A stretch of DNA of 64,000 bases from Candidatus Bathyarchaeota archaeon (lineage in GTDB: Archaea > Thermoproteota > Bathyarchaeia > Bathyarchaeales > Bathycorpusculaceae), in NCBI GenBank assembly GCA_963811105.1, contig CAWEPZ010000011.1, positions 192,001 through 256,000 on the forward strand, given 5' to 3'. The position numbers were made by a program, and so were the translations under genes. The notes under the pieces were generated by a model. The model was not told the DNA's origin. It ran no database searches and was given only the letters and a program-made list of their open reading frames with translations. Numbering within the stretch: the stretch's first letter is position 1; each line of letters opens with the position of its first letter. Positions 1 through 10,168 of the stretch are shown here, piece after piece.

Positions 1-602
1 ATTGGCGTTTGATAAGCACCCAATATAGCCACTGCTTTTTCCCTTCCAATACTTGGCAAACTGGCAACAAAATAAATTTGAGAATCCGACAATGTCTCGC
101 ATTTTTTAAAAGCATGGACTACAGGACTCCTTTTTTCAACAATTTGTTCTTGCCGAGCGGCTGCATAAAGAAAATCTATTGTTTCTTTGTAAGAAGAAGT
201 GTTAACGAGGGAGACACCATTCTTCGCCAAGTTAAACATAGCGCCCCAAACTGCGCTGGGTTGAATATTACTGTATTTGTAAATGATTGGCAAGTATCCT
301 TCAAGCACGACAAGTGATTTTGGGTAAGCATCTTTAAGTGTGAAAATCTGTTCAAAAAGGTATCGTCTTGTCAAAGTGTAAACAAAATCGCTAACGGTCT
401 TGCGTTCAACAGCACATTCGTCTGAGAGAATGTAATCGCCCTTCTCAAGTTTTTGAGTTTTAACGTTAACGCCCCTTTCAATTAGACCTTTAACGATTTT
501 TTCTGCACTGCTTGCTTCACGACTATCCACTATTATTGTCGGTTCTTCACCTTTCTTCTTCTTTTCATTAATGAAGGGAACCAACGTTTCAGCACCAGAC
601 AT
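1..602 (-). CDS. xpf: XPF/ERCC4-family structure-specific endonuclease, short crenarchaeal type; runs off the window's left edge
   Basis: Not in the ORF track. Manual translation from ATG at 602: MSGAETLVPF...IIVDSRE...GDYILSDECAVERKT...LPSIGREKA, giving the ERCC4 VDxRE, GDY and ERKx motifs and a C-terminal HhH. Confidence 0.9.
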   Translation of the reverse strand, partial: MSGAETLVPFINEKKKKGEEPTIIVDSREASSAEKIVKGLIERGVNVKTQKLEKGDYILSDECAVERKTVSDFVYTLTRRYLFEQIFTLKDAYPKSLVVLEGYLPIIYKYSNIQPSAVWGAMFNLAKNGVSLVNTSSYKETIDFLYAAARQEQIVEKRSPVVHAFKKCETLSDSQIYFVASLPSIGREKAVAILGAYQTP

Positions 603-749
603 ATCCTCAACTCTTTGTAGCTAAACCATGGTTGCATGTTTATTTTATTTGTGTTTCCCAAAAATACGAATTATTAATAAAATAAAATGCTATTTTGCTA
701 ATTGGAAAATTCTGAAAATTCCCTAATTTCAAATAAGAAATTGAAGATT

Positions 750-935
750 TTAGGAGATTGTTATTCGACCTTGTTTATATCTTTTTAAGAATAATGGTTT
801 GTTTGCTTCTTTGCGCCTAGTTTCTAAGGGCGTGTCTTTCAATAACTTATTCAAAGGGTTTCTATGCAAACGTTCCCTTTTAGTCCCGTAAATGTTCTCG
901 GGAGTCAATCCGGATTTCTTATATTGGTAACCCAT
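750..935 (-). CDS. Possible small basic hypothetical protein (61 aa)
   Basis: ATG at 935 within ORF 750..995; Lys/Arg-rich; co-oriented between tuf and xpf; no recognised motif. Confidence 0.3.
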   Translation of the reverse strand: MGYQYKKSGLTPENIYGTKRERLHRNPLNKLLKDTPLETRRKEANKPLFLKRYKQGRITIS

Positions 936-1130
936 AAACCCTTCAGGTAACCAGTCAGAAACAAAAAATATATGCAAATGTGATTGTAAAACCACGGCAA
1001 CAAAAGTTGATTATTTTAAATGAAACGTGCTAAAAAAAATTACAAATTTTACATTGAGTTTGAAAATAACAAATTTATTCTTTAAAGTTAGTAAAGAAAA
1101 TAATCAAACAAAAAATAAAATGGCAGGGGC

Positions 1131-2435
1131 TTATGGTCCCTTTTTCGTGACTTCTTTGATGACGCCTGCTGCTACTGTTGTGCCCATGTCTCTTACTGCG
1201 AATCGGCCTAGCTCTGGAAAGTCCGTGTAAGCTTCAACTGCGATTGGGTGCAGTGGCTCCATTCGGACCCATGCTGCGTCGCCTGTTTTGAGGAAACTCG
1301 GGTGTTCTTCGGTGACTTGGCCTGTTCGTGGGTCTATTTTCTTTATAAGTTCTGTAAATTTGCATGCGATTTGTCCAGTGTGGTAGTGGAGTACTGGCGT
1401 ATATCCTGCTGCAATGGCGGTCGGGTGATATATAACGATAATTTGTCCGATGAATTCCTTAGCTACCGTTGGTGGATTGTCTGTAGTTCCTGCAACGTCT
1501 CCTCGGTGGATGTCGGTTTTTGCGATACCTCGAACGTTCATGCCGATGTTGTCGCCTGGTTCAGCAAATGGGATTACTGTGTGGTGCATTTCCAAGGATT
1601 TAAGTTCGCCTGTTTTGTTGCTTGGCATGAAAATTAGAGTTTGTCCAGGTTTGAGAATGCCTGTTTCAACTCTGCCAACTGGAACAGTGCCGATTCCTGT
1701 GATGCTGTAAACGTCTTGAATTGGTACGCGTAAGGGCTTGTTAGTTGGTTTAACGGGTATCTCCAGTAAATCTAGTCCTTCCATTAAGGTTGGGCCATTA
1801 TACCAAGGTAACTTTTCGGATTTCTTGATTAGGTTTTCGCCTGTCCAGCCTGATGTGGGTATGAAGTTTATTTTGTCAACTTTGAAGCCGACCATTCGGA
1901 GCATTCTTGAAACTTCATTCTTTATCTCTTCATACCTTTCTTTGCTGTAGTTAACGGATATATCATCCTGTTTGTTAACCGCAACAATTAGTTGGCGAAT
2001 ACCTAAAGTGAATGCTAAGAAGGCGTGCTCTCGGGTTTGACCGCCTGCACCAATGCCTGCTTCAAATTCGCCTTTTTTAGCTGAGACGAAGAGTATGGCA
2101 GCATCAGCTTGGCTTGCGCCTGTAATCATGTTTTTGACGAAGTCTCTGTGTCCTGGTGCATCGATGACTGTGTAGTTGAATTTTTTAGTTTGGAATTGGA
2201 GAAATCGAAGATCAATTGTTACTCCTCGCTCTCGTTCTTCCTTAAGGTTGTCTAGTACCCAGGCGAATTTGAATGTGCCTTTGCCCATTTTTTCGGCTTC
2301 TTCTTCGAAGGCTTTGATTGTCCGCTCGTCAATTGCGCCTGATAAGTATAGTAAGTGCCCTGTAGTTGTGGATTTTCCAGCGTCAACGTGCCCCATGATG
2401 ATTATATTTAAGTGGGGTTTGTCTGATTTACTCAT
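1131..2435 (-). CDS. tuf: Translation elongation factor EF-1 alpha
   Basis: [31 protein letters not shown]-terminal GRFAVRDMG. Confidence 0.98.
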   Translation of the reverse strand: MSKSDKPHLNIIIMGHVDAGKSTTTGHLLYLSGAIDERTIKAFEEEAEKMGKGTFKFAWVLDNLKEERERGVTIDLRFLQFQTKKFNYTVIDAPGHRDFVKNMITGASQADAAILFVSAKKGEFEAGIGAGGQTREHAFLAFTLGIRQLIVAVNKQDDISVNYSKERYEEIKNEVSRMLRMVGFKVDKINFIPTSGWTGENLIKKSEKLPWYNGPTLMEGLDLLEIPVKPTNKPLRVPIQDVYSITGIGTVPVGRVETGILKPGQTLIFMPSNKTGELKSLEMHHTVIPFAEPGDNIGMNVRGIAKTDIHRGDVAGTTDNPPTVAKEFIGQIIVIYHPTAIAAGYTPVLHYHTGQIACKFTELIKKIDPRTGQVTEEHPSFLKTGDAAWVRMEPLHPIAVEAYTDFPELGRFAVRDMGTTVAAGVIKEVTKKGP

Positions 2436-2646
2436 TTTTTCATCCTCAATTAATTTTACCTAATTTTATGAATTCGTTAACACATCAGTTCGTCCAATTA
2501 TTTTAAGTTTATGTGTCCTTTCCACACGGAAATACGACTAAAAAACATCACAGTTTCGAAAAACCAGACTGAAAACATTAAACTCACCATTTCAGTTCAA
2601 AAGCTTTCTGCACACAATTTATTATCCTTGAATCATATGGCATTTC

Positions 2647-3309
2647 ATGAGTGAAAACTACAAAATGGCTGAGGGCATTTCGGTTGTTACAACAACCTGG
2701 AATGAAAAAGAAAACATTAAGGAACTAATCCAAAGAGTTAGGTCAGTGCTTACAGGTTTTCCCCATGAAATAATTGTTGTTGACGATAGCTCAACTGATG
2801 GAACACTGGAAATAGCGAAAAATTATGCAGACGTCGCAATTAGAAAAGCCCGAGAAGGGCAAACCAAAGGCTTACTGTATGGAATGCAATTAGCCAAGTT
2901 CCCCATAATAGTAACTATCGACTCTGACTTAGAAAATGACCCCGAATTCATACCAGCACTTATCAAAAAACTCAACGAATTTGATGTAGTTGTAGCATCA
3001 AGAACAGTTCTTCCCAGATTCTCAGAAAAGCTTGCCTCAAAAACAATAGGCAAATCATTTAGAATTTACGATTTCTTCTCAAATTATCGCGCTTATAAAA
3101 AAGAAACAATTTTCAAATACAAGTTGAAAGCCGGAGAAACCTTTGGCGCTGAATTACTGGTTATAGCCAAAAAGAATGGTTTTAAGATTGGACAAGTATT
3201 GTATGAGCCTCCGCCGAGGCGGAGTAAACCCCGCATTGGCGGAACTGTTAGAGCTAACCTTAGGATATTAACGGCTTTGTTGAAGGCTTATGCAATGTAT
3301 AAGTTTTAG
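2647..3309 (+). CDS. Glycosyltransferase family 2 (DPM1-like)
   Basis: TWNEKENI, EIIVVDDSSTDGT, TIDSDLE (DxD). Confidence 0.9.
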   Translation: MSENYKMAEGISVVTTTWNEKENIKELIQRVRSVLTGFPHEIIVVDDSSTDGTLEIAKNYADVAIRKAREGQTKGLLYGMQLAKFPIIVTIDSDLENDPEFIPALIKKLNEFDVVVASRTVLPRFSEKLASKTIGKSFRIYDFFSNYRAYKKETIFKYKLKAGETFGAELLVIAKKNGFKIGQVLYEPPPRRSKPRIGGTVRANLRILTALLKAYAMYKF

Positions 3310-3422
3310 ATAATCTTGGTTAAGACTTATTTCCATCAGTTCAGTTGCTTAAGAAAAGTTACTACTATGTTTTTAATGAGGTAACCGGAGGCTTTAGAAA
3401 AGTTTCTCTAAAGTAGACCCAA

Positions 3423-3809
3423 TTATTTGTGTTCAATTAGCTCAATTAGCGTTCCGTCAGGATCTTCAACAAAAGCGATTGTCAATCCAGGTGCTAATTG
3501 GAAAGGCTCATCAGTTACCGTAACATTTTCCTTCACCATAGCTGCAAGAGTCTTATTCATATCTGAAACTTCAAAACCTAAATGATCAAACAACCGATTT
3601 TCAAACTCAGGCTGACTAAATTTCTTTTGATCCCTTAAAAAAGTTAATTCAAGCGTACAACCCTTACCCTCTTCATCTCGAAGAAAAGCGATTTCAGCGT
3701 TGTTTCGTTTAATTTCGCGTCTGCTCAACAGTTTCAAGCCCAAGAATTTATCATAAAAATCTATGGATTTTTCCATATTACTAGTTCGAATGCTTACATG
3801 AACAAACAT
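3423..3809 (-). CDS. VOC/glyoxalase family protein (lactoylglutathione lyase-like)
   Basis: HVSIRT..MEKSIDFY, LELT, DHLGFEV, AFVEDPDGTLIELIE; ATG at 3809 preferred. Confidence 0.9.
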   Translation of the reverse strand: MFVHVSIRTSNMEKSIDFYDKFLGLKLLSRREIKRNNAEIAFLRDEEGKGCTLELTFLRDQKKFSQPEFENRLFDHLGFEVSDMNKTLAAMVKENVTVTDEPFQLAPGLTIAFVEDPDGTLIELIEHK

Positions 3810-3856
3810 TGTTTTTACCTGAACTTTCAACGTACAACTTTATTATAATCCTTTTT

Positions 3857-4273
3857 CTAAGCAGTCTTTTCATCCAAGGTTTTGTTCACAAGCGCATCTG
3901 CCCGCTCAATGTAAGTATTAGTTCTCAAAACATTGACAAAACTGGTTTTCTTAAAACAGCGCTTCAATTCTTGCGCTTTACGCCAAAGTTTCTGTAACTC
4001 AGAATTTCGTACCCTGTATTCGCCTTTGAGCTGTTTTCCAACTAACTCACTGTCAAGGTAGCAAACAACCTCTTCGATTTTTATGGAGATAGCAAATTCC
4101 AGTGCAGCTATCAACGCATTATACTCTGCCTGATTGTTTGTATTTACCCCGATGAAGCGTGAATCCGCTTTTATGACTTCGCCTGTTTCGGTTAATGCTA
4201 AATAAGCTATGGCTGCAGGTCCAGGGTTTCCTCTTGCGCCGCCATCAGAGTATAGCATTAATCGCTTAAGCAT
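3857..4273 (-). CDS. rnhA: Ribonuclease HI family protein
   Basis: YSDGGARGNPGPA, TNNQAEYNALI, DSELV, ADALVN. Confidence 0.9.
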   Translation of the reverse strand: MLKRLMLYSDGGARGNPGPAAIAYLALTETGEVIKADSRFIGVNTNNQAEYNALIAALEFAISIKIEEVVCYLDSELVGKQLKGEYRVRNSELQKLWRKAQELKRCFKKTSFVNVLRTNTYIERADALVNKTLDEKTA

Positions 4274-4390
4274 TTTTAAGCCGCTTCTTATTCATGCTAT
4301 ATCGGACTTCGTTATTTAAAGGGTTAAGATGCTTGCGTTATTTCAATAATAGTTTCCAAAAAGGCCTTGCTAAAGTACACTCGTATGGTC

Positions 4391-4854
4391 ACAGGCGTTG
4401 ATGCAGCTGCAATAGGCATTTCACATGACGCATACAAATTCAAAGTCAGGCAAAACTAGACCTTTAACGATTGAAAACTATTAGCCAAAAAAGCAGCATT
4501 CCACTTATTTTGCATGGCGCAACAAAGGCGCCAAGCTCCATACTTGAAAAAGCAGTCAAATATGGAGCTACGCTAGAGTTCGCTAAAGGAGGATCAGAAC
4601 ACCAGCTTCAACAAGCCATTAATCTCGGAGTTGCAAAAATAAACATTGACACTGACCTGCGTTTAGTTTTCACGGCAACAATTCGAGAAGTTTTAACCAA
4701 TTCGCCGAAAGAATTTGACCCAAGAAAAATCGTTACCCCAGCCGAAGACGCTATGAAGGAAGTAGCTAAAGGAAAAATGCGTCCATTTGGAAGTTCAGGA
4801 AAAGCCCAAACTACCAAATTCCTAAAAGTCTTTTTCATTCTTTTATTTTATTGA
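4391..4854 (+). pseudogene. Class II fructose-1,6-bisphosphate aldolase, C-terminal remnant
   Basis: TGVDAAAIGISHDAYKFK at 4391-4444, then frameshift/stop, then PLILHGA...GVAKINIDTDLRL...FDPRK...GSSGKA; N-terminal half absent. Confidence 0.85.
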
Positions 4855-5223
4855 TTCCTTCAAGGCTGAGAAGTAGGAGAGAACCTGTTGGATTTGCTCT
4901 TGAGACATGGATAGAACAGTTTTTACTGCTTCCTTCTGCTTTGGTGAGGAAGAAACCGAAATTGTTGCTAAAGCATAATCTAAACTTGTGAATAGTAGCT
5001 CCCATGGAATACTAACCCGTTTACCCTTCAGATTATATAGGGCAAGAACGAATGCACTGGCCCTGCTTAAGCCATCTTTGAAAGATTGAATGGTTTGACC
5101 AAGAGTTATGTTATCGTAATCCTCTCCGCCCAGAAAACTCCTTATTACTGCGTAATTTTGCTCTAAATTTTGGATTTCAACAAAAAGATCTTGCTTTATT
5201 CTTGCTTCAGTATTATCTTGCAT
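4843..5223 (-). CDS. Hypothetical protein (helical)
   Basis: 126-aa ATG ORF preceded by AGGAG SD-like sequence. Confidence 0.7.
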   Translation of the reverse strand: MQDNTEARIKQDLFVEIQNLEQNYAVIRSFLGGEDYDNITLGQTIQSFKDGLSRASAFVLALYNLKGKRVSIPWELLFTSLDYALATISVSSSPKQKEAVKTVLSMSQEQIQQVLSYFSALKESIK

Positions 5224-5373
5224 AATGCATCGTTCTCCTGTATGTATAAATCAAGTACATAAGACTTCTTTCTACTTGGCAACTTTTTGCTCTATCAAAC
5301 GGTTTTTGCATCTGTATAATTCTGCCGCTTAAAAGCAAAACTCTTAATAGCCAATAATTTAATCTCAAGTTTC

Positions 5374-8256
5374 ATGAGCCAAACCAAGCAAATCGAGCAG
5401 AAATGGCAAGCCAAATGGGAAAACGCGCACATTTTTGAGGCTGATCCTGACCCAAAAAGGCCGAAAAAGATGGTTACTTTTCCCTATCCGTACATGAACG
5501 GCCCCCTGCATGTTGGGCACGCCTTTACGGCTTCGAGGGTTGATGCCTATGCCCGGTTCAAGCGTATGCAGGGTTATAATGTGCTTTGGCCTTGGGCTTG
5601 GCATTGGACTGGCCAACCACTGCTTGGCGCTAGCCAACGCGTTGCGAGAGGCGATCAAGAGTATATTCGGGTTCTTAGAGAAGTTGACGGAGTTCCCGAA
5701 GCTGAACTAAAAAAGTTTGTCGATCCCCTCTACATGGCGCAATATTACACTGACGAGGGACGTTTAGCCGTTAAAAGCATCGGTTTCTCAGTGGATTGGC
5801 GCCGTGAATTCACCACCATAATGCCTACTTACCAAAAATTTATCGAGTGGCAATACAAAAACCTCAAAGAAAAAGGCTATGTCACACGGGGAACACACCC
5901 AGTAATTTGGTGTCCCAAAGACCAAAGCCCAACAGGCGACCATGACCGCCAAGTAGGCGAGGGCGTCACTCCAGAAGAATACACATTAATAAAATTCAAA
6001 CTGGATGAGAACACGTTTTTGCCAGCTGCAACGTTTCGCCCAGAAACAATCTATGGCATAACTAACATTTGGATAAATCCAGACGCCAACTACGTTGAAG
6101 CAACCGTGAATGGTGAAAACTGGATAATCAGTCAAGAAGCCGCAGAGAAACTCAAAGAGCAAGAAAAGAAAGTACAAGTAAAACGATGTTTCAAGGGAAA
6201 AGAATTTATTGGGAAGATTTTTGAGAATCCTCTTACCAATGAAAAGTTTCCGATTTTGCCAGGCTGGTTTGTTGATCCTAAAACGGCTACCGGCGTTGTT
6301 TATAGTGTTCCTGCCCATGCGCCATATGATTGGCTAGCATTGAAGGATCTGCAGGAGAAGCCTGAGGTCCTAGCGGAGTTTGAAATGGACCCTCAGATAG
6401 TTAAGCAAATCAAACCAGTATCAATTATCAAAGTGGAAGGGTTTGGCGAATACCCAGCGGTTGAAATAGTTCAGCAAATGGGCATTAAAGACCAGCATGA
6501 CCCCAAAGCAGACGAGGCAACCAAGGCCCTTTACAAAAAAGAGTTTCATGGTGGAATCCTAAAGGAAAACTGTGGGCTATACGCCGGAAAAACCGTGCGA
6601 GAAGTGAAAGAAATAATTATCAAAGATTTTCGCATCCAGGGCGTTGCTGACATCATGTTTGATTTATCCGAACAAGTTGTTTGCCGATGCATGACTCAAT
6701 GCATAGTAAAGATTCTCTCAGATCAGTGGTTTCTAAACTATAGCGACCCAGAGTGGAAGGCGAAAGCGAAAGAAGCAGTAACTCAAATGGCGATTTATCC
6801 TGACTCAGCCAGACAATCCTTTTACACAGTTATTGATTGGCTAAGGGAATGGGCTTGCGCAAGAACCACCGGGTTCGGAACCCCATTGCCTTGGGGGAAA
6901 GGCTGGATAGTTGAGACGCTCAGCGACTCGACTATCTATATGGCTTTTTATACCATAAACAAGCATATAAAACAAAATAATATCAAATCTGAATCTTTAA
7001 CGCCTGAAATCTTCGACTATGTCTTCTATGGCAAAGGCAACCCAGCCCAACTTGAAAACATAGTTGGAATAAACGCTTCCTTGCTTGAAGCAATGCGGAG
7101 CGAGTTTTCATATTGGTATCCCTTTGACTTAAGAAACTCCGCCAAAGAGCTTGTTCCAAACCATCTGAGCTTCTGTATCTTCCACCATGCTGCTCTATTT
7201 CCGCCTGAATTGTGGCCTCAGGCCATAGGGGTAAACGGTATGCTAATGGTAGAAGGCAAACAGATGCACAAGAGCAAAGGGAACTTTATCACAATGAAAG
7301 GAGCTATCGAAAAATATGGCGCCGATGCCACACGCTGCGCATTGCTACTGGGTGCTGAAGGTATGGATGACCCAGACTGGCGAGCAGAAAACGTAAACGA
7401 CCTGAAAGGTAAGTTTGAAGCACTATCAAATTTCGTAAGCGGAATCATTGCTACATCGAAAACCGAAGAAGACACGACGCTAGAGAGATGGCTTGAAGGT
7501 AAACTACAGCATCGAATAAAAGAAGTCACATCTAGCTTAGATGAGCTCAAAACGCGCACGGCTTTGCAGGTTGCGTTGTTTGAAACTTGGAATGACCTAC
7601 GCTGGTACATTCAGCGCAAAGGAAATACAGACTCTGAAGCACTGGCGGGAGTTGTTAAGGTTTGGCTTAAAATGCTTGCCCCATTTGCACCGTTTACATG
7701 CGAGGAACTCTGGAGTCAAACTGGCGAGAAGGGTTTCATTAGCCTTGCACCATGGCCAGTATTTGACGAAGCAAAAGTGAATGTAGTAGCAGAGGAGCAG
7801 GAAAACTTAGTCATCGACGTTATGTCAGATACCGCCAACATTTTGAAAGCTATGAAAATATCGCCTAAACAAATATACTACTATACAGCTGCACCATGGA
7901 AATTACAGATATACCTGAAAATTCTGGAGAAAACTATAGCTGGCGAAGCAAAAATTAACGAGCTGATGAAAGAATTCTCTTTTGACAAGGATTTGAAGCC
8001 ACATATGAAGGACATTGCAGGTTTAGTTCCAAAAGTAATCAGGGGTTTAGCTAAGCTGCCTAGTGAAAGAAAAGCCAACATACTGAAAATAAGAACTGTG
8101 GATGAAAACGCAATACTGCAATCTGCACAAGCATTTTTCAAAGAACGTTTCAATACGGAAGTAACAATTTACAATGAAAATGACAAAAACCGATATGACC
8201 CGAAAAATCGTTCTGCGATGGCTTTGCCCCTTCAACCAGCAATATACATAGAGTAA
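5374..8256 (+). CDS. leuS: Leucine--tRNA ligase (archaeal type)
   Basis: FPYPYMNGPLHVGH (HIGH), DWRREFTT, ATFRPET, VYSVPAHAPYD, QMHKSKGN (KMSKS variant). Confidence 0.97.
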   Translation: MSQTKQIEQKWQAKWENAHIFEADPDPKRPKKMVTFPYPYMNGPLHVGHAFTASRVDAYARFKRMQGYNVLWPWAWHWTGQPLLGASQRVARGDQEYIRVLREVDGVPEAELKKFVDPLYMAQYYTDEGRLAVKSIGFSVDWRREFTTIMPTYQKFIEWQYKNLKEKGYVTRGTHPVIWCPKDQSPTGDHDRQVGEGVTPEEYTLIKFKLDENTFLPAATFRPETIYGITNIWINPDANYVEATVNGENWIISQEAAEKLKEQEKKVQVKRCFKGKEFIGKIFENPLTNEKFPILPGWFVDPKTATGVVYSVPAHAPYDWLALKDLQEKPEVLAEFEMDPQIVKQIKPVSIIKVEGFGEYPAVEIVQQMGIKDQHDPKADEATKALYKKEFHGGILKENCGLYAGKTVREVKEIIIKDFRIQGVADIMFDLSEQVVCRCMTQCIVKILSDQWFLNYSDPEWKAKAKEAVTQMAIYPDSARQSFYTVIDWLREWACARTTGFGTPLPWGKGWIVETLSDSTIYMAFYTINKHIKQNNIKSESLTPEIFDYVFYGKGNPAQLENIVGINASLLEAMRSEFSYWYPFDLRNSAKELVPNHLSFCIFHHAALFPPELWPQAIGVNGMLMVEGKQMHKSKGNFITMKGAIEKYGADATRCALLLGAEGMDDPDWRAENVNDLKGKFEALSNFVSGIIATSKTEEDTTLERWLEGKLQHRIKEVTSSLDELKTRTALQVALFETWNDLRWYIQRKGNTDSEALAGVVKVWLKMLAPFAPFTCEELWSQTGEKGFISLAPWPVFDEAKVNVVAEEQENLVIDVMSDTANILKAMKISPKQIYYYTAAPWKLQIYLKILEKTIAGEAKINELMKEFSFDKDLKPHMKDIAGLVPKVIRGLAKLPSERKANILKIRTVDENAILQSAQAFFKERFNTEVTIYNENDKNRYDPKNRSAMALPLQPAIYIE

Positions 8257-8381
8257 CTGCAAAATCATTTTTACGCCTTTCTAACATTTGAAATTTAATA
8301 AACATGAAACTAATTAAGCACACGCAAACAAGAAACTAAAAAAAGCCATGATCATTTCGCCCAAAAGAGGAAGTTATTCTA

Positions 8382-9341
8382 ATGGTTAAACTTAATCACA
8401 GCTTAACTTACGAAATAAAACCGATTTCTCCCTACAACTTTGACCTCACGATCAGAAAGCCTGCAGGCTGGCCGTTATTTACGCCTCTAGAAGTTTATGA
8501 TAAAAGTACCCTCTGGACAGCGGTATTTCTAAATAATACTCTCACCGGATTAAAGCTCACCTCCAGAGGCACCACAAAAAATCCGCTTGTAGAAGCAAAA
8601 ATGTTCCTCGAAAATAAACCCTCAGAATCTCTTGACAAAATAAAAAAGACACTTGACCACCTCATTGGCGCGGACGACGACCTGCATGAATTTTACAAAC
8701 TTGCAGAGAAAGACCCAATTCTAAAATTTGTAGTCGCAGATTTACAGGGCATGCATAGTACATCATCTGGAGACACTGTGTTTCCTGATGCAATTCTAGC
8801 CATACTTCTGCAAATGGCCCCGCTTAAGAGAAGCAACGAAATGATAAACTGCGTCATTACCAAATACGGCAAGAAAGCAGAGTTTGACCGCAGAACAATC
8901 TATGTTTGGCCCACGCCACAAGCGCTTGCTAATTTAAATCCAGCATTGTTTGCTAAAGACTGCAAAATCGGCTATAGGGCAAAACGAATCGTTAAGCTTG
9001 CGGAGAAACTTGCGAAAGAAGGTTTTCCTTCTTTGCAAGAGCTGGAGCAATTAAGTTCTGAAGAAGCAAAAAAGAAGCTTCTGGAACTTCCAGGCATAGG
9101 CGATTATTCTGCCGACATCATAAATCCGCACGGCGGTTTCCCAATAGACGTCTGGTCTGCTGAGGTTTTTGGCAAATTGTTCTTTGGCAAGGAGCCAGAG
9201 AACAACAGGGAAGCTGTCGAAGAAGTAAAGAAGGAAGGAATCTTGAGGTGGGGCAAGTGGTCTTGGATGGCTTTCTTCTACATAGTGCAAGACCTTGAAA
9301 ACCTGTCCAAAAGGTTGAGTGTAAAACTTAGGCTGACTTGA
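8382..9341 (+). CDS. HhH-GPD DNA glycosylase (AlkA/OGG-like)
   Basis: IGYRAKRI, LLELPGIGDYSAD, FPIDVW. Confidence 0.85.
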   Translation: MVKLNHSLTYEIKPISPYNFDLTIRKPAGWPLFTPLEVYDKSTLWTAVFLNNTLTGLKLTSRGTTKNPLVEAKMFLENKPSESLDKIKKTLDHLIGADDDLHEFYKLAEKDPILKFVVADLQGMHSTSSGDTVFPDAILAILLQMAPLKRSNEMINCVITKYGKKAEFDRRTIYVWPTPQALANLNPALFAKDCKIGYRAKRIVKLAEKLAKEGFPSLQELEQLSSEEAKKKLLELPGIGDYSADIINPHGGFPIDVWSAEVFGKLFFGKEPENNREAVEEVKKEGILRWGKWSWMAFFYIVQDLENLSKRLSVKLRLT

Positions 9342-9389
9342 ATTGTTTAGAAAACAGTCTCATTTACCAAAAGCCTTTTTACTAGTTCT

Positions 9390-9788
9390 CTAGCTGCTTG
9401 CTTCTTGGGGCTCTTCTCGGTTCTTCAGTTTCTCTTCAAGAAGCATCAGCAATTCCTGAGGTTTCACAGGCTTAACCAAATAAGCATCCGCACCTTCATC
9501 AAGCGCTTTAACGCCAGTTTCTAACGATGGAAAACCTGTAATCATTATTTTTACTGTGTGCTGGAGCTGTTTTTTAAGCTTGGCAAGCAGATCTGTTCCA
9601 TCCATGTCTGGAAGTCTAATGTCAACCAAAGCCAAGTCGTAATGGCGACTTTCGGCTTTTTCCATTGCTTCTTTGCCAGTTTCTGCAACGTCAATTTCAT
9701 ATCCGCTTTTTTGGAGAATTCGAGTGAACGTTCGAAGTATTGACTTGTCATCGTCAACAACAAGTATTGTTTTTTTAGTCGCTGCCAT
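9390..9788 (-). CDS. Stand-alone response regulator receiver domain
   Basis: ILVVDDD, DLALVDIRLPDMDG, MITG, AYLVKPV. Confidence 0.93.
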   Translation of the reverse strand: MAATKKTILVVDDDKSILRTFTRILQKSGYEIDVAETGKEAMEKAESRHYDLALVDIRLPDMDGTDLLAKLKKQLQHTVKIMITGFPSLETGVKALDEGADAYLVKPVKPQELLMLLEEKLKNREEPQEASS

Positions 9789-10168
9789 TTAAATCATTAC
9801 ATCCTCAATTGAATAGAGATGGCTTTCTTACCCTCGTTTAAGGTATTGATAAGCCCTTAAATTATTGCAACCATTAAAGCAAACACATGCTTGATTGGAA
9901 TGCAACAAAGATATCGACCCTACTTGGATATTTTAAGAAATGATTTTCGAGACTAATAAACGCTACCCCATTGACAAATTCTCCTAAAAAACAGATTAAA
10001 ACAAGATTGTAAACTTTCGATTGCTTTCTTTGTTTTGAAAAATAAGGCAAACTCGCTTATGCGTTATGCTGCAATCATTATCCAAATTTAGATTACGCCC
10101 TGGTCTAGTTTGCAATAAGGTTATTAAAAGGAAAAATCTTTTGAATAACTTAAGTCTGGAAGAGCTAG

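Noticed and set aside
9-317. 102-aa plus-strand ORF
   Set aside because: Antisense shadow of the XPF gene on the minus strand.
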